Positions 18,567 through 27,238 of a stretch of DNA of 37,014 bases are shown here, one piece after another. A program made the translations under genes and the position numbers. A model generated the notes under the pieces. The model ran no database searches and was not told the origin of the DNA. It saw only the letters and a program-made list of their open reading frames with translations. The stretch is from a virus. Its lineage: Duplodnaviria; Caudoviricetes. How positions within the stretch are numbered: position 1 is the first letter of the stretch; each line of letters starts with the position of its first letter. The stretch spans positions 1 to 37,014 of IMG/VR virus record IMGVR_UViG_3300025723_000097. The stretch is one strand, 5' to 3'.

Positions 18567-19975
18567 ATCAAATGTCCTAGCTCCGGAAACGTGGCTTTAA
18601 AGTCTGTACCACGCTGAGCATCTAGTGTCATTATATATTCTTTAAAATCCGGAAGCAAGTTACTTTGATCCTCTTTATCCATCCAATCAAGTATACCTTC
18701 CCAACGTTTCCATCCCCAAGGATTATTTCCTAAGGATTCGCTGTCCTTATGATTTATTTCTAACCATTCTTTAAGTTCGTTAAACTTTTCACGCACTTCT
18801 AGCTTATCTTCTTTAGGCAATACACGTATGCTCAACCATGTTGGCATCCATACTAGATGTACTCCGATTAACCCGCCACCTTGCATATATCCACTAGCAT
18901 TGATTTGCTTATTCAACTTTTTAAAATTACTAGATACCTTCCATTTGATAAAATCAGGAATATGTTTAATATTTAAAATTTGAGCAGCCAACGCTATTGT
19001 AATATGAATGTTGTCAGGTGTGTTATCTAATATATGTAAATTTTTTACAATAGTATCCCAATCGCTTGGAAAACGTATATAATGATTTCTATCAGATAGT
19101 CCGTCTAAACTAACTCCTACTTTAACTACTTTAAATTTTTTCCATAATTCAATAATAGATTCGTCTAGCATTAGGACATTTGTATTATAGCGTAAGTGTA
19201 TTTGTTCAGCATAACCTCTACGAACAATTTCTTCTAAAAATACTTTGTGTTCTTTAATGATTAGAGGTTCGCCTCCGGCAAAATATAGTTGTTTGAGATT
19301 AGGTATTTGGTCATAAATCTCATTCCAGAACTCGGGATTCTCATGCCACTTGTTATCAAATTCCTCAGATTGCCAACTCATTTGTTTTTTAATCAAAGTA
19401 CTTTTAAATATAGGAAATATTTTTTTATGTTCAGAAACCCACAAACTAGAATCGTGCGGACTGCACATGACGCATTTTAGATTACAAGTATGCCCCAATC
19501 TTAAATCTAAATATTGTAACTTAAATGGAATGCTTCCGTCATCGTGTGTGTCATCGATCAATTTAGGAATATCAACATTATCTAAATGCCATGCGCCGGT
19601 TTCCCAGATTCTTTTACTTACAATACCTTCGGCTTCTTCTTCAAAACATTTAGTACAGCTATTAGGTATTTTTCCTTCTAGCATTAGTCTGCGTACAGAA
19701 CGCATATACTCGCTATTAAATACTTGGCTGGGCAACTCATTTCCAAAGTTACTAGCATTACCATTTTCTTTTTTAACAAGTCCTACTTCATACTCACCCG
19801 TCTCGGCTCCGCTGGCATTAGCAACACAGCAAATACGAGCATCACCATTGGGCCTGGTGGCCAAGTGTAGCCAAGGAATAACACAAAATGATGTCGAGCC
19901 AGCTACTTGTTCTAGCTGTTGTTGCCAGTTGGCCAACTCACTATTTTCATGGTTCATCCAAAAAACTTTATTCAT
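18563..19975 (-). CDS. Radical SAM protein with N-terminal twitch/SPASM-like domain
   Basis: CVIPW...ICC...CTKC then CNLKCVMC, FAGGEP; paralog of 22430..23692. Confidence 0.9.
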   Translation of the reverse strand: MNKVFWMNHENSELANWQQQLEQVAGSTSFCVIPWLHLATRPNGDARICCVANASGAETGEYEVGLVKKENGNASNFGNELPSQVFNSEYMRSVRRLMLEGKIPNSCTKCFEEEAEGIVSKRIWETGAWHLDNVDIPKLIDDTHDDGSIPFKLQYLDLRLGHTCNLKCVMCSPHDSSLWVSEHKKIFPIFKSTLIKKQMSWQSEEFDNKWHENPEFWNEIYDQIPNLKQLYFAGGEPLIIKEHKVFLEEIVRRGYAEQIHLRYNTNVLMLDESIIELWKKFKVVKVGVSLDGLSDRNHYIRFPSDWDTIVKNLHILDNTPDNIHITIALAAQILNIKHIPDFIKWKVSSNFKKLNKQINASGYMQGGGLIGVHLVWMPTWLSIRVLPKEDKLEVREKFNELKEWLEINHKDSESLGNNPWGWKRWEGILDWMDKEDQSNLLPDFKEYIMTLDAQRGTDFKATFPELGHLI

Positions 19976-21065
19976 TATTTGTTATCCTAATATTATCTAT
20001 AACTTCTACCATCTGATCCCGAGGTTTAGAAAAATCAGGAGTACTACCACACATCCTTGTACAAGTGATTAATTTTTTTTCATTCCAAAATATATTCCAG
20101 ACTGATTGATACTTAGACGAGTTTACAATATTTTTTATAGGGTGTGTTATAGCATTCAATTCTTCTATACCCCCAAATGCTTCTATTAAATCGTCGTATT
20201 GTTTTGTTATTTCATATCTAACAGCATACGCATCATTTTGTTCAATATAGGTATACGGAATACTTGCTAACCAGCAACAAGGGAATACATTACGAAAAGC
20301 ATCTATGTAAATTTCTTTTTGATGAAATGCCTGACAATCGATAACCGATTCCGCCACTACAGTCTTATAAGCATCTATTACTTTTTTGTCTATAAACTTT
20401 AAAGGTGTATCTGTAGCAGGTTCAATGATATGGGTTATATTACCTTTCTTATCTAACACATCTACTTTTGGTTCAAGTAGGAACCTACTACTGTTTTTCA
20501 TAACAAACCTATCAAAGCCTAATTCTTCTGCTAGACGTTTAGCATCTTCTACTTGATGTTCGTTATGTTTAAATTTAATAAAGCACCATTCGGCTCGACC
20601 GCCTGCTTTAATAAATGCTGTAGCATTCTTAATAACTTTGTCATAGTCTGTGCCTATGCGATATAAACTATGTGTGTCCTCTAATCCGTCGAGAGCAAAT
20701 ACTACTAGATGATTTACAGGTAATACGCTCACAAGTTCTGCCCACCATTGCGTAGATTTAGCACTACCATTAGTGTGTATTCTTATGTTCAAATTTGGAT
20801 TAGTATCAGTAGCATATCTACACATCTCTACTAGATCCTTATTTAAGATAGGATCCCCAAAATTGCCGCAAAAGAAAAACCCATCTAGTTGTGCCAATAC
20901 ACTAGGACTCATAATAGTTTTGAATTCTTCTAGTGTCCAATCTGTTAATTTTATTAACAGATTGTCTAACCCACCTTGAATATTTCGAGCGCACATAGGA
21001 CAACTTGCTTGGCAGTTGTTAGTGATTTCCAAATGGACTTCTTTTAGTTGTGAGAAGGTGAACAT
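19968..21065 (-). CDS. Radical SAM protein with C-terminal SPASM/twitch-like cysteines
   Basis: CQASCPMC, CGNFGDP, HTNGS, PCC, CTRMCG. Confidence 0.9.
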   Translation of the reverse strand: MFTFSQLKEVHLEITNNCQASCPMCARNIQGGLDNLLIKLTDWTLEEFKTIMSPSVLAQLDGFFFCGNFGDPILNKDLVEMCRYATDTNPNLNIRIHTNGSAKSTQWWAELVSVLPVNHLVVFALDGLEDTHSLYRIGTDYDKVIKNATAFIKAGGRAEWCFIKFKHNEHQVEDAKRLAEELGFDRFVMKNSSRFLLEPKVDVLDKKGNITHIIEPATDTPLKFIDKKVIDAYKTVVAESVIDCQAFHQKEIYIDAFRNVFPCCWLASIPYTYIEQNDAYAVRYEITKQYDDLIEAFGGIEELNAITHPIKNIVNSSKYQSVWNIFWNEKKLITCTRMCGSTPDFSKPRDQMVEVIDNIRITNNE

Positions 21066-21107
21066 GAAATATTTATGTACGCACTTAATAAGGTTAAATA
21101 TTTCATG
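21063..21107. promoter_or_regulatory. Back-to-back late-type promoters forming a perfect 13-bp inverted repeat
   Basis: CATGAAATATTTA (21063-21075) / TAAATATTTCATG (21095-21107); each arm reads TAAATA-TTTC-ATG. Confidence 0.75.
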
Positions 21108-21812
21108 AAAATACCATTCGATCCAAATTGGAAAAATATTGCCATCAGTTTAAGTGGTGGAGCCGATAGTGCGTTGTTAACCTATTTGATTTGTAAACAA
21201 GTCAAAGACCTAGATATCATAGTACACGTTATTAGTCATATACGTATGTGGAAAACCAAGCCATGGCAACAGGACGATGCTGATAGAGTATACACATGGT
21301 TATCTCAAAAATTCAATCATATCAACTTTAAACGACATATAAATTTTATTGCCCCTGAGATTGAATATGGTAATATAGGTCCATACTTAACAGATGAGTA
21401 TGGTAAGAAGGTCAGCGGTGATAACATACAACAACGTGCCTATGCCGAGTTTATCGGCCACAAACATAATATTGATGCTTACTATAATGCGGTAACACGC
21501 AATCCTAGACTGGCAACGTTCAACGGTATGCGCGAACGAGACGTTGAGCCCGATGACAGTAACCAGCATCTTACTGAAATGACACACATGGGTCGTAAAG
21601 TTTATCATCCATTTAGATTTATAGAAAAATCAGAAATAGTTAGAACATATAAAGAACTTGGCATAATGGAATTGTTCAATATCACACGCAGTTGCGAAGG
21701 TGAGTTTGACGGAATTGATTATACTACATACATCAAGAACCAGCCAGTACCAACTTGCGGAGAGTGCTTTTGGTGTAAAGAAAGAGAGTGGGCAATTGAA
21801 CAAAACCAATAG
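21105..21812 (+). CDS. QueC-like PP-loop ATPase
   Basis: SLSGGADS; TRSCE...CGECFWCKER; start moved to ATG 21105. Confidence 0.75.
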   Translation: MKIPFDPNWKNIAISLSGGADSALLTYLICKQVKDLDIIVHVISHIRMWKTKPWQQDDADRVYTWLSQKFNHINFKRHINFIAPEIEYGNIGPYLTDEYGKKVSGDNIQQRAYAEFIGHKHNIDAYYNAVTRNPRLATFNGMRERDVEPDDSNQHLTEMTHMGRKVYHPFRFIEKSEIVRTYKELGIMELFNITRSCEGEFDGIDYTTYIKNQPVPTCGECFWCKEREWAIEQNQ

Positions 21813-22443
21813 ACTTATAACATTCGGATGTTCATTTACGTTTGGCACAGGATTGCCCGATTGCAAAGAAGGTAGTGCTACTCCTAGTAATCAAGGCTGG
21901 CCAGCAATACTGAGCAAAAAATTAAACTTAGATTTAGTTAATGTATCTGCTAGCGGAGCGAGCAATTTTGAAATCTTACATAACATTATAAATTTCGATT
22001 TTCAAAGTTCTGATACCGTTATTATCATGTGGACATATTTTGCAAGAGATTTATATTTTAGAAGTCTATTTTCAAAAATTTGGCCGATAGATAGATTAAG
22101 CCCTGGGAGTACTAGCAACAGCATTATTGATAATTTGTTAGATACTAAAGTTATTGTCGGACGTAAGTGGATAGAAAATATGAATGAAAAGACATTTGCC
22201 TTAAAGACATGGGCACACATACACCACGCAGATTTATACTTAACAAGTAAAGGTATAAAATACATACACTTTCCAGCATTACCAGACGATTTATTAAAAT
22301 ATTCTGTACCATACAAAATTAATAATTTCTATGCTAATGGTATAGTAAGATTAGATGTAGCAACAGATAACATGCATCCCGGTATTAAAACAAACGAACA
22401 TACAGCAAATTCAATATATAATATTTTAAATGAACAAATCTAA
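21796..22443 (+). CDS. SGNH/GDSL hydrolase-like protein
   Basis: TFGCSFTFG, GASN, C-terminal DNMHPG; probable TTG start (uncertain). Confidence 0.65.
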   Translation: MNKTNRLITFGCSFTFGTGLPDCKEGSATPSNQGWPAILSKKLNLDLVNVSASGASNFEILHNIINFDFQSSDTVIIMWTYFARDLYFRSLFSKIWPIDRLSPGSTSNSIIDNLLDTKVIVGRKWIENMNEKTFALKTWAHIHHADLYLTSKGIKYIHFPALPDDLLKYSVPYKINNFYANGIVRLDVATDNMHPGIKTNEHTANSIYNILNEQI

Positions 22444-23692
22444 AACATTCTGTATGCATCCTTTCACAGGATTAGCCACACGTGAAGACGGTGCTATTAA
22501 GGCCTGTTGTCGTAGCCATCCGGTTGGCTTTATAGATAAGAATAGTCTAGAAGAAATTTGGAACAACGATACTATGCGCCGCATACGTCAGCAGGTGCTT
22601 AATAATGAGCGTCCGCCTGAATGTGAACCATGCTTTAACTTAGAAGACCAAGGTGTTGAAAGTTTGCGAGTGCGTCATATAAGCGGTAAGATTCCAGAAG
22701 CTCGTATTAACTTATATCCTAATGCTCTAGATACTCTAGCAGAAGATTATACAATGCCTTTTGAAATTCCTACTATAGAACTAAAACTAAACAATTTGTG
22801 TAATCTCAAATGTCGTATGTGCCATCCAGGTGATAGTACTAGTTGGAACGATTGGGAGCAAGTGGAAGATTTCTACAAAGCAGAAAACAACATTATTGCT
22901 ATTTTAGTAGACGAACATAATTTAAAGAACAAACCACATCTTGACAAGTTTCAAGATAGTCCAGAGTGGTGGGCCAGTTTAGAAAAGTTGTTGCCCTACT
23001 TTCGCCGTGTAGAGTTTGCTGGTGGAGAACCATTAATGGATCCACAACACTACAGAATTTTAGATATGTTAAAACCGTATGGTTCAAATATAGAATTAAA
23101 ATATGCTACCAATGGCACTACATTAGGAATCAAAGGCGGGAGAACAGTTCATGAATATTGGCCTCATTTTAGAAGCATTGCCGTTAACGTCAGCCTTGAC
23201 GGCATTGGCTCTGTTTACAATTACATTCGTGGTAACAGTGATTGGGAAGAAGTTGTTGCTAACATTAAAGAAATACAAAAGATCAAAAATGTAAGTCGTG
23301 TAGTAGGAGCGTGTACTGTACAAATTAGTAACGTGCTTACCTTAGATAAAACTATAGAATGTTTTCTTAATGAGCTAGGCATAGTATTCCATTCGCATCG
23401 TGTAGAATATCCTAAGCAATTATCAGCACAAGTATTACCCAGAGAACTACAAGTTCTAGCTATAACAAAATTACGTGCTGTCATGGATCACGTAGAAGAT
23501 TTTAAATTAGTCAAACAACATCCAGCACTGTTAGCGTATACACGTGGGCAGATACAAGACAATATCAATTACTTGATGGCACGTGACCAAAGTGACAAGT
23601 GGGTAGACTGTATAGAGTTTAATCGTAGATTAGATGTAACTCGTGAACAAAGTTTTACAGATGTGACTCCAGAGTTTAAACTGTATGTATAA
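22430..23692 (+). CDS. Radical SAM protein with N-terminal twitch/SPASM-like domain
   Basis: CMHPF...ACC...CEPC then CNLKCRMC, FAGGEP, ATNG. Confidence 0.9.
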   Translation: MNKSKTFCMHPFTGLATREDGAIKACCRSHPVGFIDKNSLEEIWNNDTMRRIRQQVLNNERPPECEPCFNLEDQGVESLRVRHISGKIPEARINLYPNALDTLAEDYTMPFEIPTIELKLNNLCNLKCRMCHPGDSTSWNDWEQVEDFYKAENNIIAILVDEHNLKNKPHLDKFQDSPEWWASLEKLLPYFRRVEFAGGEPLMDPQHYRILDMLKPYGSNIELKYATNGTTLGIKGGRTVHEYWPHFRSIAVNVSLDGIGSVYNYIRGNSDWEEVVANIKEIQKIKNVSRVVGACTVQISNVLTLDKTIECFLNELGIVFHSHRVEYPKQLSAQVLPRELQVLAITKLRAVMDHVEDFKLVKQHPALLAYTRGQIQDNINYLMARDQSDKWVDCIEFNRRLDVTREQSFTDVTPEFKLYV

Positions 23693-24611
23693 GGTTGTTA
23701 ATCGTTGGGATCATGCCAATGCTGTCAAAGTCGAATGGAACTTAGGTAAGCGTTGTAACTATGACTGTAGTTATTGCCCTAGCGAAATACACGATAACAC
23801 TAGTCCGCATACCGATATAGAAATATTAAAACAAACTATTGATCAACTTTCCTCACTAGGCAGACCTGTACGTTTAAGTTTCACGGGAGGTGAGCCTTGT
23901 GTACATCCTAAGTTTGATGAACTAATAAAGTATGCTAGATATAAAAATATACATTGGATTAGCGTAACAACAAATGGAACACGCCCATATGAGTTTTATG
24001 CTAGCCTACCTGTTGACCAATATGTAGTTAGTATACACTATGAATATGACTGGCTTAGAGTTGTTAACACTATACAGAGACTAGCCGAAACTAAAGTTAA
24101 GATTATAGCACAGATTATGGCCCATCATGATTATATGGATCAAGCATTACAAACTCGTGCGATAATGCTTCAGGCACAAATACCCAGTACAGTAAGACGT
24201 ATTCGTTGGACTAAAGGCGATCACGATTTGTTTGATGATATGCGTTACAACCCAACAGACTTAGCATGGGTCAAAGATGCTGAAGCAACTGTACAACCTA
24301 ATACTATCATATTTTATCGAGATAAACCTTTAGAACAAAGACACGCTAATGATATTATTAAATTAAAATTAAATCAATACAAAGGTTGGACCTGTAGCGC
24401 AGGTATAGAAAGCCTGATGATAAATTGGGACGGAGATGTACACAGAGCGACTTGTAGAGTCGGTGGTAGTCTTGGCAACATATATGAAGGCAACTTCGTT
24501 GTCCCTAGCGAACCCGTAACTTGTGACCGTAATTTCTGTACCTGCGCGGCAGACATACCGCTAACTAAATTACTTGCGGCCGATAACCATATAACGAGTG
24601 TACAAGGGTAA
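23685..24611 (+). CDS. Radical SAM protein with C-terminal Cys cluster
   Basis: CNYDCSYC, FTGGEP, TTNG, CSAG...C...CTCAAD; paralog of 25773..26729. Confidence 0.9.
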   Translation: MYKVVNRWDHANAVKVEWNLGKRCNYDCSYCPSEIHDNTSPHTDIEILKQTIDQLSSLGRPVRLSFTGGEPCVHPKFDELIKYARYKNIHWISVTTNGTRPYEFYASLPVDQYVVSIHYEYDWLRVVNTIQRLAETKVKIIAQIMAHHDYMDQALQTRAIMLQAQIPSTVRRIRWTKGDHDLFDDMRYNPTDLAWVKDAEATVQPNTIIFYRDKPLEQRHANDIIKLKLNQYKGWTCSAGIESLMINWDGDVHRATCRVGGSLGNIYEGNFVVPSEPVTCDRNFCTCAADIPLTKLLAADNHITSVQG

Positions 24612-25163
24612 TTTTAATTCGCTGGCCCAGATTACATTGATGCCACACTGATGTTTAAATTCCTCTAAGTCGCTAGCTATCCTAACGTGTTCTGGAATGT
24701 CATAGTTGTTACTTTGTAACACTAATAAACTATTCTGAGGCATACCACTTAACCACAAGTCATATTGATCCTGTGTAATATGTTCGCAACTTGTATTAAT
24801 AACAACGTCGGCATCACTTCTAATATTACACATGTCTGCTGTTACCGCATGAAATCTGCCTTGTATTTCTTCGCCCTTGTTCATCATAGTAGCAACAGAC
24901 TCACAAGTTGGATCAATATCTATACTACGAATATTTTTAATTTTAATGTTACTTTGAAACAACATACTGGCTAACACACCGACCCAGCCGCCGTGTATGT
25001 CTATAGATACATCGTCAACCCAAAACATTTTTTCTAACTCGGTAATTAGCCACTCTTTGCTTTTGAGTTGCCCACTCCAAAAGGCGTCCATGGTACGCAT
25101 AGGATCCTTGCTATTTCGGATGGCACACATCCAGTAGTGTAAGTGTTCAGTATCTATTTTCAT
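24570..25163 (-). CDS. Class I SAM-dependent methyltransferase-like protein
   Basis: IHGGWVG motif I, SIDID, ADM, VINTSCEH. Confidence 0.7.
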   Translation of the reverse strand: MKIDTEHLHYWMCAIRNSKDPMRTMDAFWSGQLKSKEWLITELEKMFWVDDVSIDIHGGWVGVLASMLFQSNIKIKNIRSIDIDPTCESVATMMNKGEEIQGRFHAVTADMCNIRSDADVVINTSCEHITQDQYDLWLSGMPQNSLLVLQSNNYDIPEHVRIASDLEEFKHQCGINVIWASELKLPLYTRYMVIGRK

Positions 25164-25776
25164 TTAAAATTGCCGTTATTTCGTCTGCTATTAATTTGTG
25201 TGTGTTAACACCTGGGTGTAAATTATCTAACGCTCGATCAACTGGAAGTGTTGATTGAATTTTTAATTTGTGATAATCTAAATCTAAAAATTTAGGCTTA
25301 TAAGACTTTACTTCGCTATAATCAGCAAACACATTATAAACTGGAATATTAATCGATTGTAAGTATAGCGTAGCGTGGTGAATATAAAACCATGTTCTAG
25401 TTGCAATGTCGGCAGCTGAGTGAGTTTCCTTCCAACTATTTGCTAACTCAGTAGTTTGCCAGGTACCGATAGGTATAATTGTTTGTTGTCCTAATAAATT
25501 CTTTTTACCAAATATTAAATCTCTTCCAACAAGCGACCACATTACTATAGCAACATCCCCTTTAGAAAATTTATATTTTAAAATATTATATAATATTTCT
25601 AAATTACTAGCGCCACACTTGCCTTGATTAGATAACTGAACATTAGCCTGATTAGCTACTAACGATGGCCATGCTAACTTACTAGGAGATTTGCCTGGCA
25701 TATCAGGAGCTATATGGCAGTCTGGTAAACCGTGCCCGTATGTTACTGAACATCCGAATGTTACTATTTTTTTCAT
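25147..25776 (-). CDS. SGNH/GDSL hydrolase-like protein
   Basis: TFGCSVTYG.GLPDC, GASN, DNLHPG; paralog of 21796..22443. Confidence 0.7.
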   Translation of the reverse strand: MKKIVTFGCSVTYGHGLPDCHIAPDMPGKSPSKLAWPSLVANQANVQLSNQGKCGASNLEILYNILKYKFSKGDVAIVMWSLVGRDLIFGKKNLLGQQTIIPIGTWQTTELANSWKETHSAADIATRTWFYIHHATLYLQSINIPVYNVFADYSEVKSYKPKFLDLDYHKLKIQSTLPVDRALDNLHPGVNTHKLIADEITAILNENRY

Positions 25777-26729
25777 TTTACTTTTGGTACCTTACTATCC
25801 GCTGAACTAACACACCTTTCAGTTACGCAAAGCCGAGGGGCGGAAAACAAAGTAAATTTTTCTATCGTACCCAGAGAATCTTCTTTACAGCTATAAGCCC
25901 GCTTGACCTCATTACCTCTTATTATAACACTTTGATACCCACTATTACAAGTCCAATTGGTAAAACTGTTAAAGCCTAGCGCATTGAATCTTTCTGCTTG
26001 GTCAATATAATAATCTTGTTCGCCGTCTGTTAGACGTATTTGATAGCCTTCTTGCTGTTCAAAATCATTCTGCATAATATCAATCATCTCAGATGTGTAA
26101 CCATCCACTATGGCTGTGGCTGTGTCGTTGCTTTGAGGTTTGAGTGTTACGTTGATTCCACGAGCACGTAAGCGTTCACAGCGTTCTAACGTGGCATAGA
26201 ACTTGTCGGGCACCATAACTTGATTAACTGTTACATGAACACGTTCATACATCAACTGTAAACACTTGTCGCCGAACTCTTGTTCCCTAGCAAACTCTTC
26301 ATGAAAGCTGGCTGTTATACTTCTACGCTGTAAACAGTCAGTAATATTACACCAATTGTTCCACCATTTTGAACCAGGCGACAAATTGGTAGTCATATGT
26401 ATACTTTGGTAAGGACTTTCAGTTTCGTCTAGGTGCTTGATTAAATTGAGAAGATCTTTATAAGCGGTTGGCTCACCTCCGCTGAAGCTCCAGTGAAATT
26501 GAGTAAATCCGTTCAAACGAGCTTGACGTTTTATCTCATCGACTGTAGACTTATATACTTCTAAAGTTTGGTGATCCGGTTGATCACTACGAGCATAGGG
26601 CCAACAGTAAGAACATTTATAGTTACAAAACCTGCCCAATATCCAACTAATGTTAAATAATGGACGATCCAACATAGTTTGCTGTCCAAACCGTTGTATT
26701 TTTTCGAATGGTATAAGAGAGAAATTCAT
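25773..26729 (-). CDS. Radical SAM protein with C-terminal Cys cluster
   Basis: CNYKCSYC, FSGGEP, TTN, CNSG...C...C...CVSSAD. Confidence 0.9.
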   Translation of the reverse strand: MNFSLIPFEKIQRFGQQTMLDRPLFNISWILGRFCNYKCSYCWPYARSDQPDHQTLEVYKSTVDEIKRQARLNGFTQFHWSFSGGEPTAYKDLLNLIKHLDETESPYQSIHMTTNLSPGSKWWNNWCNITDCLQRRSITASFHEEFAREQEFGDKCLQLMYERVHVTVNQVMVPDKFYATLERCERLRARGINVTLKPQSNDTATAIVDGYTSEMIDIMQNDFEQQEGYQIRLTDGEQDYYIDQAERFNALGFNSFTNWTCNSGYQSVIIRGNEVKRAYSCKEDSLGTIEKFTLFSAPRLCVTERCVSSADSKVPKVK

Positions 26730-26757
26730 TGACAGTATTTACAAAATGCGTTATAAT
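26729..26757 (+). promoter_or_regulatory. Consensus sigma70 promoter for the tRNA-like RNA, with an antisense TAAATA box in its spacer
   Basis: TTGACA 26729-26734, 17 nt, TATAAT 26752-26757; TATTTA at 26736-26741. Confidence 0.9.
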
Positions 26758-26763
26758 AGTTAC

Positions 26764-26880
26764 GTGGACGTGAGTGTAACTGGTAAACCTCCTCCAAGTA
26801 AGCTGACCCCCAGCTGAACGGAGGGATTGGGCCTTGCTCTTAGAGCGGCTTTGGAAGTTCGAATCTTCCCGTCCACACCA
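26764..26880 (+). tRNA. Atypical tRNA-like RNA (117 nt), anticodon undetermined; possibly tRNA-Tyr(GTA) with a 17-nt insertion
   Basis: Acceptor GTGGACG/CGTCCAC + ACCA; D-loop TGGTA; stem CCTCC/GGAGG; long variable arm; T-arm GGAAG-TTCGAAT-CTTCC. Confidence 0.8.
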
Positions 26881-26908
26881 TTTTTAACACAGGCACAGAA
26901 AGGCAAGT

Positions 26909-27238
26909 ATGAACAAGGCAATAGCAATAGCACTTATGTTAGTAACCACTAACGTATTTGCTTATGAAGATAACCCATATACTAAGTTTGATACCACACA
27001 TAATTTTACTAACCAAAGTAACATTACTTGGCGGGCAGTTGATAATGTTCAAGCAGAGTGTAACAAGGCTTCAACCAAGTACGCAGGTAAGAACTTTGGC
27101 TATGCTGTTTTAGCTTGTAGTTTTTGGATTAAAGAAAATGGGCAAGATGCTTGTGTAATTATTACAGGTAAACAAACAAGTATGCACAGTATTGGGCACG
27201 AAATGCGCCACTGCTTTCAAGGTAATTGGCATGACTAG
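26909..27238 (+). CDS. Secreted protein with HEXXH motif
   Basis: Signal peptide (VFA/Y); GHEMRHC near the C-terminus; 4 Cys. Confidence 0.65.
   Translation: MNKAIAIALMLVTTNVFAYEDNPYTKFDTTHNFTNQSNITWRAVDNVQAECNKASTKYAGKNFGYAVLACSFWIKENGQDACVIITGKQTSMHSIGHEMRHCFQGNWHD

Noticed and set aside
6180-26729. Classical RiPP cluster
   Set aside because: Genes abut or overlap, leaving no evident precursor-peptide ORF, and no RRE, peptidase or exporter was recognised; a precursor elsewhere cannot be excluded
23685-26729. Viperin, QueE or MoaA gene symbols for the CNYxCSYC radical SAM proteins
   Set aside because: Only generic radical SAM motifs are visible; family-specific residues cannot be confirmed by eye
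26764-26880. tmRNA, selenocysteine tRNA or group I intron
   Set aside because: Too short for tmRNA or a group I intron, no G3-U70 pair or tag ORF, 7-bp acceptor stem and no TCA anticodon
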